DNA of 64,000 bases from assembly GCF_009914755.1 (NCBI RefSeq), contig NC_060933.1. One strand, written 5' to 3'. Of this stretch, positions 43,498 to 57,881 are shown piece by piece. Made by a program: the position numbers and the translations under genes. Numbering within the stretch: position 1 is the stretch's first letter; each line of letters starts with the position of its first letter. The notes under the pieces were generated by a model. The model worked only from the letters and a program-made list of their open reading frames with translations. It was not told the origin of the DNA and did not search any database. This stretch comes from the human T2T-CHM13v2.0 reference genome, Homo sapiens.

Positions 43498-43854
43498 TGA
43501 TATGGTTTGGCTTCGTCCCACCCAAATCTTATCTTGAATTCCCACATGTTGCGGGAGGCACACAGTGGGAGGTAATTGAATCATGGGGGCAGGTCTTTCC
43601 CATGCTGTTCTTGTGATTGTGAAAAAGTTTCATGAGATCTGATGACTTTATAAGGAGGATTTTCCCTCCATAAACTCTCTCTCTCTCTGCCTGCTGCCAT
43701 CCATGTAAGACATGACTTGCTCCTCCTTGCCTTCCACCCTGATTGTAAGGCCTCCTCAGCCACTTGTAACTATAAGTCCATTAAACCTCTTTCTTTTGTA
43801 AATTGCCCAGTCTCAGGTATGTCTTTATTAGCAGTGTGAAAATGGACTAATACA
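43498..43854 (+). mobile_element. THE1 (A/B-like) solo LTR
   Basis: tgatatggtttggc...ggactaataca with perfect 5-bp TSD gtaga at 43493-43497 and 43855-43859. Confidence 0.95.
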
Positions 43855-44207
43855 GTAGAGAATTAGTGAGAAACTCAACTGAGAAAAAAAAACCTACAGA
43901 GAAGCAGAATCCAGAGTTATTCACACAAGGCCCAGGACATGGGGCATGTGTGGCATTCTCCTGGCTGCTCTTGCTCATAGGTAGAGGTGGATGGAAACTC
44001 CACGCACATCACCCACCCCATCTCCTGCCACCTGTCCCTAAAGCCTCCCTTGCCCTCTCCCTCCCCGCCCCTCCCCATAGGCAGTGCTTTCCCAGGCTCT
44101 CTGGCAGCCCTGCTCACTTCCTCAGTGGCTGGTCTGCCAGTCATCAGCTGAGAGCAGACCCTCCATTCACCTGGTTTCCTGTACTATGCTGTACCATGGA
44201 ACATGCA

Positions 44208-44239
<32 letters not shown>

Positions 44240-44766
44240 ATGCACAAATATCAGATACCCCACACAGTTCAATTTAAAGAAGATTATTTCTTTTGATAAA
44301 TACTACACATTAAAAGAAAACTCATATAAAGGGTATTCAAATTTAGGTTCACTAGATTAATTGTTATTTACCAGGTTAATTAGCTATTATAGCCTGGAAC
44401 CACACAAAGGGGTCAGCATCCTGCTCCCCAACCTTCCAAGCAGGTGTGAAGGGATCCGTGGGGAGATTCCTGCCAGGTTTCCTAACTGGTGAGGTGGGGG
44501 TGGGGCGAGGGGCAGAGAACGGCTTCCCAACAGACAGCCAGGCACCTGGGGGACCGCCAGGTGGGAGTCTGTGCTCACAAAGAAGACATTCCAGGTTGGC
44601 CTCAGCAACACTCATAGCTCCCTCCCCGCAGCCTACACACCCTCGCTCAGGACACCTGGATGTTGTAGGATTCTCTCACCAGCCACCAGCCAGGGCCTTT
44701 GTAGCTGCTTCGGGTGCTCCCGAAGCACCTACACGCTCCCACCCTGCTACAGACGCCTGCGGTTAG

Positions 44767-45149
<383 letters not shown>

Positions 45150-45369
45150 GACAGATTTTGTTTCTATCATCATGTGGGGAGCGAACATGGATCTCTTCCT
45201 GCCTGAAGTGGGCACGACGATATTGACCCTTTGTGGGATTCCAGGCCTTTCAGCGACTCCTGAACCCAGAGGAAGGAAGCCAGGGAAAGGAATGCTATGG
45301 GGAGAGGGTGGAGAAGGCAGAGAGCAAAGGCAGGCTGTAGGGACAGGTGGTCAGGTGAAAGCCCAAACC

Positions 45370-45839
45370 ATGCAGCGGTGAGTGGACGTCAGGGACTAGA
45401 AATAGTGCTCTCAGGGTTCACTGTGCCATGGGGAGGTGTGTATTTCACCATACCCTGTGCCCGAGAGGCTACAGAGCGGGTCCGTTCAGCTGTCCTTGTA
45501 CCCACATGGGACCCCCACCGCTGCAACACCAGAGGCCCGGGGCCTGCCCTCCTTGTTTGGAGGTTTTGATTTCCCCAGGATCTTGGTGAGTTTTCTTGGG
45601 CCACAGTTAATACCCTCAGAACTCTTGTCCTCACCTTCTCTCCAGCAGTTTCGTCGGACTGACAACGGTGAGTGCCTTAGGATGCAGCTCAGAACCCCTT
45701 CCCCGCGGGAGGATCTGAGCGCCTCCAGCCCTCGCTCACTGCCTCTATAGCCCTGAACTCCACTTTTATCTCCCCAGACCTAGGAAACTGTCAACAGTTT
45801 CTAAGCATTCTGCTCGGTCTCTCTGACCTTCAATACTGA
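45370..45839 (+). other. Candidate micro-exon cluster (three donors, three acceptors, Kozak ATG); unverified
   Basis: GGTGAGT with GT at 45378, 45586 and 45668; pyrimidine tract-CCAG ending at 45578, 45645 (or 45648) and 45777; aaaccATG at 45370. Confidence 0.35.
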
Positions 45840-46201
45840 ACAAGCAGCAAATACGTGCAGGGAGAACGCTGACCCAATTCAACATTTCCCTTCTCCCTGG
45901 ATTCTTGGCCCTTCCATTCCTGGCCTTTGTGATCACTCTCTGACACCGGCAAGTAGCTGCTTTTTGTTTTTTATCTGGCATTTATATTTATTTTTCGTGG
46001 TGGTGGTGAGGGGGCTTCTTGGTGCGATAAAGATGTTTCTGACCTCTGAAAACTGCACAAGAATGTGAAGAGCTGCGGGTCTAACTTCTCACCAAGCAGC
46101 TGCAGGACTCCTGTTATCTCTAGTAGGGGACGTTTGACACTCACAGGAAGAATTAACTCATTCTTACAGACCGAGCCTGATTTTTTAAAAATCAGTTTTT
46201 A

Positions 46202-47345
<1,144 letters not shown>

Positions 47346-47469
47346 ATCAGTATAACTTTTACATCCACATGTATAACGATTATATGTTAGGTGAATGTCA
47401 GTCTCTGATACAAACAACTGGAGCTTATTTTCATGCACAACCCATTCTTATTACAAAAGTTCTTGAGAG

Positions 47470-47790
47470 GGCTGAGCGCGGTGGCTCACGCCTGTAATCC
47501 CAGCACTTTGGGAGGCTGAGGCAGGCAGATCACTTGAGGTCAGGAGATCGAGACCAGTCTGGCCAACATGGTAAAACCCCATTTCTACTAAAAATAGAAA
47601 AAATTAGCTAGGCATGGTGGTGGGTGCCTGTAATCCAAACTACTCCAGAGATGGAGGCAGGATAATTGCTTGAACCTAGGAAGCAGCGGTTGCAGTGAGC
47701 CAAGATCGTGCCACTGCTCTCCAGCCTGGGTGACAGAGCGAGACTTTGTCTCAAAAAAATAAGCAAAACAAACAAAAACAACAAAAAAAC
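47470..47790 (+). mobile_element. AluS (Sx/Sz-like)
   Basis: Full dimeric Alu; TSD approximately aaagttct. Confidence 0.92.
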
Positions 47791-48309
47791 TACAAAGTTC
47801 TGGATGGTGTATCCACATCGCTCAGGGAGGGACAGGACTTTGTCTTCTCTCTGATGCACTCTGGGCCCCAAAAGCAGCAGAGAGGGTGACGCTGGGTCTG
47901 AGGCCCAGGTCCAGATCCCACCCTCCCTGCAGCTCATGAAAACAGGGAGTCAGCCATCACACCCTCCAGCCCTGTGTGTGCCTCGTTCCTAGGGACATCC
48001 TAGAAGCTCAGCCCTGTGACATTGAAGAAAGTCCTCAGACTGCACAGTGGGTTGGTGCTCAGCACCCTTTATTTATCACTGGAGATAGGCAATTACATTT
48101 CTGCTTGTGGGAAAAATGAATGACAGCAGGACTGGGGGCCTACAAATGCTTGAGGAAGTAAACCCTCTCTGTCCACAAAGGCTTCACTGTACTTTTCTAG
48201 CCTTTCTATTCAATTCTTCACCTTAGGAATTTGAAAATGTAATAGTCTATCTCATGGTAATTTCTGAAACAGTTGTCTTCATCTTTTAGAGATAAATATG
48301 CAGGATCAT

Positions 48310-48545
48310 GATCAAAACATCTCCTGAGGCCTCCTTGGTGCCATGCATTATACTGATGACATGGAATAATCCATTTAATCCTCACCACAGCCCTGTGCGG
48401 GAGGTCCTGTTTTGATTCTGATTTACAGGTGAGAACACTGAGGCACTGAAAGACAGACACAGAGGGAGCCGGGCTAGTACGCAGCAGAGCTGGACTTAAA
48501 CGCAGACTGCCTGGCTCCTGGTTCCCTGCTTGCAACTGTTAGCAG
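48310..48545 (-). mobile_element. MIR relic
   Basis: catttaatcctcaccacagccctgtg...tttacaggtgagaacactgaggcac. Confidence 0.75.
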
Positions 48546-51500
48546 CCATCTGCTCATGTGGCTATCAAAAATGAGTTCTCAAACAATATTTGGCATCCAA
48601 TTTCCAATCCCCATTTTATAATTTTGCATGAAAAAAATTTATGTTACTATGATGAATTACTGAGATGAAGTTCTGATGCACTTTGTTCATGTTTAATTGC
48701 TTTGGAAACTGACTTTTTAAGCACCTGGAAGGAATCAGTGTCAAGTTAGTTTTGAAATGAACAGATACTGCCTCTTCTGATGAATCAGGAATAATCACCA
48801 GGTAGGAGTGTAATCTCACTGCAACTTGTTTGAGTGGTTCACGGACTTTACATCCTAATTTGGATCCTAATTTGCATCCTACCTTTAAAGTTCTGGAATG
48901 TCAATGGACAGCTGCATGAATAATTTTGTTTACAAATTAAGATGCAAATATTGGAAGAGAGAATAAAGCTATTCTGGAGTATATGTCAGGAGTGGGCACT
49001 GTTTTCTCAACTGTAAATTTTCACCACTTTCTTTTTAATTTGCTGTTCGATTTGTTTTACAGTTTTCTTGTCTTTCTTCATAGACTTGATGGGTTAAAAT
49101 AATAAAATAATAAAAAACATTAGCATCTGAGAAACTAGAATTTTAATTGTGTGATTCTTTAGGATGGTGTCTCAAACAGCTTTTCTTACAGTTTTAAGTT
49201 TGGTCTACATAATAGAAGCATTTTAAAACATCAAGCAAGTCATAGTTGTTTTGGCTTACTGCTTATTCAATTAAAAAGAAATAGAAAGACTAACAGTGCT
49301 TATTGGTTTCCAAACCATCAACCCCCATTTAAAAAAATATCAATCTTCATATTTCCCTGAGTCAATTTTTTCTTTTAACCATTAGTATGAGCTAATCCTT
49401 ATTCAGCATAAAACTAGGCATTATGTTAAGAACTTGCATTTCATAGTCACCACAAAATGGCCTAAAATTAGTATTTATTCCATTTTGTAAATGAGCAACC
49501 TGAGGTGTAAAAAGATGCAATAACCTGCCCAAGGTCCTTCAGCTAGCGCATTTTAGACCTGGGATTTTACACTGGGTTGCCAGAACTAGAGGCCTAGCGA
49601 CCTTCCAAGCCCATCTCCTTACCTCCCGGGCCTCAGTTTGGCTATTCCTTGTCTTTAGAACAAATAAGAGCATTCTATAACTAAATAATTAGCAAAACAA
49701 GTCTTTTTCTTGGAAAATGCCTTTTAACCTACTATTAATCCACTTGTTAAATTTTTACTACATTCAAGGCAAAGAAGTGTAAAATATAATCCCTGCCCTC
49801 AAGGAGCTTACAGGGATTGCAATGAGAAGTTGTAACATAATGGGAAAACTATGTCAAATGGTAGTTCGAACACTGCAACACAGTTCTGATGCTTACCACC
49901 TGGAGTTAGCTACAGGTGCCACAGATTTAAGGGACTGACCTTCCTTCAGACACCAGCCATACTTCTGGTGTCCCCAGTCCTCTTGCACTGCTGAACAACT
50001 GGCTAGAAATGTGGGCATCACCATGACCCTTTCGAGTTTGATAATTTGCTAGAACAACTCAAAGGACTCAGGAAATACTTATGCTTAGTTTTATTATAAG
50101 TAATAAAAATTGGGACCCGCCAAGGAAGAAACACATTTGGCAAAGTCTGGGAGGGTCCCACACACAGAGCCTCCATGCCCCTCCCTGCGGAATCTGAACC
50201 TGTCATCCTCTCAGGATATCCACATGTTTACCAGCCAGGAAGCTTCCCTGAGCTTCGGCGCCCCCAGTTGTTACTGAGACTGTGTCACAAAGGCAGGATT
50301 GACTTAATCATTGGCCACATATTTTAACTGAATCTCTAGCCCCACCCCTCAGAGATTGGAGGTCAAACTTAACATCTGGTGTCTCAAAGCCCGACTCTCC
50401 AATCACTTGGCTGCTCTTTTTGGCACAGCTTACTTTTTCTTAAGCACAAATTCAGGTGTGATCCGAGGAGCTCATGAATAACAATGACACTCCTATTACT
50501 CAGGAATTCCCAAGAGTTTGAGAGTCTTCCAGGGGCCAGGGACAAAGGCCAGTCTAATTCTTCATTACACAACAGGCGACCCTGTGGCTTTTGACTATGG
50601 TTCTTTTATATGTCTAAAATGTGGAGGAGCTACTGTAGAGTACGAATAAAAAGCTTTTAACTCAATTTCCCAGTATATTTGACTGTCATTACCAGTATTA
50701 TAATTTTACCGATTATGCCAGTGTTTGACCATATTTCAATATGGTAAAATAATCTGAAAAATAAGAGTAACAAATATTGACATATTACTAGAATCTCATT
50801 CAGTCATTAATAATTAGTCCAGCCCATCATCATATGGTGTAACCAAAATGTCTCCCAGGGTGACATCACTCACGTTCGCAGCTTCTGTTCAATTCTCTCA
50901 AGTTCCACAAGCAGGAGTGCTTTCAGCAATATATGGCTTCACTCTTTCCAGCATCTGGAATCGCTGAGCTAAGAGACAATATCATCTCTTGCCTTCAGCC
51001 CCTCTTAAAGTATTAATATAATATTGAATTTTCCTCATTGTGTAACCCAGACATTCATTGTTATAATCTACTAGTGTTTCTTCTTCTCACCAGTTATGAG
51101 TTTCTAAGCTTTTCCACATTTAGAAAGCACATTAGGTTCAGCCATTGTGCTGGTCTAGATTCCTGGCAGCAATACAAGTTTAGCAAGTGCCTTCCACTCA
51201 GTGGACTCCCATTCATATAGGATGAGGTACAGAACTAGGGGGCGTGTCAACCACTAAGCAATACATCTGCATTTCCTGTCAACCTCAGTCTTGCCAGATG
51301 GGGTAAAGACACAATCTACCCCATCTGGTCCTTAGGAAGCACAGTTACAGCTTTTACTTAGGAATTATCCCTCCTTCTGGTATTTTGCAGCCCTGGGCCC
51401 GAGACCACCATAGCAGGTAGGTAAAAGAAATTTGAGGTGATGTGGGGAAGAAAGAAAGCTGTAATCACAACTCCTTTGTAAGAAGAATTGTATACTCATC

Positions 51501-51659
51501 ACAACATTTGCCCTACCTCTTCCTTAGGACCCTCAGAAAAGTGGAGGAATCTATCTAGTGGGACCACCCGCTTGGCGCCCTCATTTTGAATGTGAGCACA
51601 CACTCAAGAAAACATATAAGGCAGCCCTTCATGCCTATTTTTATCCCCATTTTAGATGA

Positions 51660-52283
<624 letters not shown>

Positions 52284-52970
52284 GATGACCAATGTTTTAA
52301 TTGTCCATTTCAATTCTCTATCAAACCATTACTGTTAGGACAAAAGTGTTTCCTGAACTAAGAAAATATGACTTGTTCATTCAAATTGGTGCAGAATAAT
52401 CTGTTCCGTTGTCTCTGATCATTTGCATCTGTTTCTGGGTAAGCAAAGCCAAGTCTCGAGCAAGTGTCTAGTCCTGTCTATACCCCTTCGTCCACCCCCC
52501 AGGACTAATGTCATCCATTCGGCTTACAGGGCCTTCCTCCCAGCTTCTCTGCTCCATAGCCATCTATAGTCTGTGTCTCTCTTGTTAACAAAAAGAAGAA
52601 TCTTTACGAGCATTTTGTGCCTCAGAAGGTACAAAGGAATAAATGTAATTCAGCCCATCTCTGGGCTGCTGCAGCCTCACAATATTCACTCATTACGTGA
52701 ACCCAGTGGCCATCTCAAGCGAGCACACCAGGATATCCTCTTGCTGGCTCCAAGTACCTCCTAATCCTAGAAGGGGGGTTTCTGATAGGCATTGGCATGT
52801 CCCACTTCAATGCACCCCTCAAATTCCTGTAATCATTTCCACAAGGCAAGCCCTCCATAGGCCAGTTTTCCATTGCCCTCTGCATAACCCCCAGGTGGTC
52901 CCAAAGTCCATCCTAGGGGAAAAAGAGTCGCTCTGCCTGTGAACACGCTGGATAAATTTACATTGACCTG

Positions 52971-53663
<693 letters not shown>

Positions 53664-55073
53664 CCCTGGTAGCATGTCCCCATAAACCAATTCCATTTGA
53701 CTACGAAAATTTTCTGTTTATTGTCCTTCCTATTAAAGCCTTTCTTCACTATCACTCAAGCCATGATCATATTTTAGGTTTCAAGATTAATTTGTGTCCT
53801 TCAGTTATAGAGTCCATTTCAATTAAAGTCTGATCACAAGCTAGTAATTGCCACTCAAACGGCAAGGGGTTCAGCTATGGGACTCTGGCCCCTCCATAAA
53901 CTTTATCTTGATTAATCTGCCTGACCATTGTCCAGGTGATTCCAGGCTGGGTTCCTCATTGGAATCTTTGTTTTCTGGCCTTTAAAATTACTCCAAACTG
54001 ACACAAATAGACTTGTGTAGGGCCCTGTAATGGGGAAACCGGCCAAAGGGGGATCAGCAATGGTTCCTGTTGGTCCCTGCAACCTTCCATAGCACTGCAT
54101 TCAGACCTTTGTTTCAACACCATTAACGTTTACTTTATTTATTCAATTTGTTAATAGTCATCTAAAGTTTTCCACCCTGCTAAAATGAATCTCTTGATTC
54201 TCTTCTCTCTCCATTTTCTTGTTAATTATGTTTTGTTGTTGTTGTGTGTATCTCTAAGACACATAAGGGGAAGCAGAGATAGCAAATCCATAGGGCTCTT
54301 TGGACTGTTGCTTGATTTTGCAGCAGTAAAGCTACACTGAGTGATTATACAAAGGGGGCCCCTTAACCATAGCATTAACCATGCCCTGCATAAGGGAAAC
54401 AAACAGTGGATGAATATCCTGAGCATCATAAAGCCAAGCCAGCATGGCTTGCACACAAAACATACCAGCCCCTTCACCTGGGGTGTTCCAATGGGCATTT
54501 ATAGGGGAAATAGGATAGTCCTCCTCAGGGTAAACAACTTTATACTGTCTTTTATTTAGCCTAGTAGGCTAATTGATCCCTAGGGAATAACCTGCTATGT
54601 GTCTGGATCATGTGTGGTGATCTATGATTGTTCCATAGTGAGCTGTGGATCTTGTATCAACCCAAACATGCTTTTCTATTCTGCAGTATTCAAAAACCAA
54701 AGAAACTTGACTCTGAATTAATTACTCCTACATTTATTTCAGTAAAGGTTCTTCCATAAACTGTTGATATAACTTCGTCATGCTGCACCCCTGGTTTCAG
54801 TAGTTTCTTGATTTTTCCTGTCTTACCTGGACTCTCTTTTCGATGACCAGATGTTTCAGAGCATATTGCAGCATATTTTTTCCCTTCGAGGATGGCTTTG
54901 AGACTAGTGGCCATATCTCAGACTGACCAAAATCTGAGGTTGGTGTCAGCACCCTTTTTTTCTCTCAGTTTAGCTATTATAACAAGAACCAAGGGATTAT
55001 ATATTTCACTTTTTCCTTTTTTTTTTTTTTTTTTTGCACTTCCCTGTACATCCAATAGATCAACTCTTTAGAA

Positions 55074-55168
55074 GCTGGTCTATCACTATTTCTGAATTCC
55101 ATTGGCTGGGTCTATCACTGTTTCTCAATTCCATTGGCTGGGTCTATCACTATTTCCGAATTCCATGG
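55074..55168. repeat. Three tandem copies of a 32-bp unit
   Basis: gctgggtctatcactatttctgaattccattg x3 with 1-3 differences per copy. Confidence 0.93.
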
Positions 55169-55670
55169 GTGGCTTTTACCTTTAGAAACTGATCACAACG
55201 CAGATGCAATTTTATATCGGGGTGACCCTGTGGTCCCCCAGAAATCAAAGTTTCCTCATTGTTGGCCTTTTAATTTAATTCTTCCTCTTTCCAAACCCAT
55301 TGTTTCAGGGTTGTTCTAGTGAGTCTCACATTTTCTGGCACAAATGGTAAGGAGAAGTAAACATTTCTCTATGGAGAAATCACTATGGGGGCATAAAAGC
55401 CAGCTTCCTGGAGAAGTAGCATTTAACCCGGGATTTGCAGCATTCCATCTACATAAATGTGAGGAAAGATCCCTTTAGGTATGAGCTAAAGGGTCAGGAC
55501 TAGCAGATAAGAAGCATATGTGAAGGCCCGTACAGAGGGATATTTGGCTGTGGGTAGCAGCAGGCAGTAGATGTGACTGGGAGGATGTCAGGGGAAGGGG
55601 AGCACGTGGAAGATGACATTGAATAACATTGAAAAGAAATACATTTTAAAATTTACTCAAGGGAACATGG

Positions 55671-56068
55671 TATTAAATCAAGTTTCATCTAAAGCTGCCT
55701 CCTTACATATTTAAGTTTGGCCTAAAGGTTTTTCTGTACATTGTGAACTGTAACAAGTGAAGTGTAAGCAGAATGTAGCCTACCCTAGTGCCAATCACCG
55801 AGTTTTGGCCAATCAAATGTAGCCAACTGTTCGAGCCATGTTCAAATAAGGTAAATGCCAAGCTGTAACCAATCCGGCTGTTTCTGTGCCTCACTTCCAT
55901 TTTCTGTACTTCACTTTCCTTTTTCTGTCCATAAATCTTCTTCCAACATGTGGCTGAGCTGGAGTCTGGGAGCCTAGTCTGGCTGGGAAGGCTGCCTAAT
56001 TTTGAGAATCATTCATTGCTCAATTAAACTCCTTCAAATTTAATTTGGCTGAAGTTTTTCTTTTACTA
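55671..56068 (+). mobile_element. MER57-like (ERV1) solo LTR inside a probable L2 relic
   Basis: ctaaagctgcctccttacatatttaagtttggcctaaagg; ccaatc motifs; gctgaagtttttctttta end. Confidence 0.85.
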
Positions 56069-56890
56069 GTGGGGAGCCATTGAATAATTTTATCTGGGGG
56101 AAAGGCATGATAGGAAAATCTCTTTCAAAATAAAATGAGTGCTAGCTCGCTGCTAACCACATGTTTACTGAGGTTCATCACTCTGCACACCTGCTCCTCT
56201 GGGTTTCCTCACTACTCTCAGAATTCCAGCCCTTACCCGACATGCTGGGGCCACCAACTTACTCGTTTGCCTGTTCTCTTCGACACTGAGGTCATCAAAT
56301 ACTATGTAAGATTCAAGCTTTGTAACCTCAATGCTTCTACCCATTTTGATACTAGATATATATTTATCACATGATTATATTAAATATAGACCAAGACCCT
56401 AAAACATTCCTAACCCTAAGATACTCCATGTTTGGGTAAATAGCGTCCAAAAATACCACTAGCTGTCCTAAGGTATAGCAGGAGAAAAATACAATGCATC
56501 AAAGGGAAAAGCTGTACTGAAGGAGAGAAATAGGAAAGAGGGAAATCAGAAAAATAAAAGATGAAGAGAGACTTTTGCTTAATGTGGATGGGTTACGTCA
56601 TTGTGGAGGCTAAGGGGTAACAGATATTGTATGGTGGTGTACATGCCATAGGTTGTGCACACATAACCACCCATCATATTTAGACATAGCATCCATCTGG
56701 GAGTCTCACCATACGATAGGCTCAGAGTCTGATCCATATTGCAGGAGAGTCGGAACAGCACACAGCAAGACATGAGGAGGAAGACCCATGACCATTTAGT
56801 CACCCGTCATTCTTCAAATGGATACAGTACTTCTAAAACACTAACACTCTTTTTATGGTATATCCATGATTGTAAATTAAGGCCAATAAT

Positions 56891-57176
56891 GGCCGGGCGT
56901 GGTGGCTCACACCTGTAATCCCAGCACTTTGGGAGGCCAAGGCGGGTGGATCACAAGGTCAGGAGATCAAGACCATCCTGGCTAACACAGTGAAACCCTG
57001 TCTCTACTAAAAATACAAAAACAAAATTAGCCGGGCGTGCTGGCGGGTGCCTGTAGTCCCAGCTTCTCACGAGGCTGAGGCGGGAGAATGGCATGAACCC
57101 AGGAGAAGGAGCTTGCAGGGAGCTGAGATCGTGCCACTGCACTCCAGCCTGGGCGACAGAGCGAGACTATGTCTCA

Positions 57177-57215
<39 letters not shown>
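56891..57215 (+). mobile_element. AluY variant with (AAT)n tail
   Basis: Full Alu; linker aaaaatacaaaaacaaaattagcc. Confidence 0.94.
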
Positions 57216-57835
57216 TCTTAGCTTATCCCAAATAAATCCTGATTTAACTTAATTGTATCTTTCTTGAAATTCTATTAAGAGTAATAAGACATTCAATGAT
57301 GTATTAAACGATAATAACAGTTGACATTTATAAAGTGTTAACCACAAATATTGATTCATTTATACACAAAATGATTATTGAGTGCCTAAAGTCACTGGGC
57401 TGTGCCCTGAGTAAATAAGAATGAGACAGTGCTGCCTCATGTTCTATTCTTTCCTCTGCCAATTTTATACTCCTTTGTTCTAATGTGCACGGGCAACCCG
57501 AAAGTCAGCTAATTCTACAAAAATTTAAAAGAAACAAACTAACTTGAGGTTCTAAATAACTTATTCAAGTCCTGGCAGTCGGGATTTGATCATATAACTC
57601 TTGTCTCTATTTCTCAGACTGCAAAAACTAATAGGTTGTGGCAAATAATGTATATAAGTTTTGTTAATGAATGGAAAACATTAGGAAGTTAAATATCTGG
57701 ATACACACATTTTCTAGGCCAACGTTTCTCCTGCTAAATAATCCTACCTTCAGTCACGGTTGATTTTAAACTGCAGCCAAAAGAACCAAGGGTGATTGTG
57801 GCTGTCATTACTGAATAAATGTCATGGGGTTAGCA

Positions 57836-57881
57836 GGGAGAGAGAGAGAGAGAGAAAGAGACAGAGACAGAGAGAGGGAGA
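57836..57881. repeat. (GA)n-rich microsatellite
   Basis: Direct reading. Confidence 0.9.
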
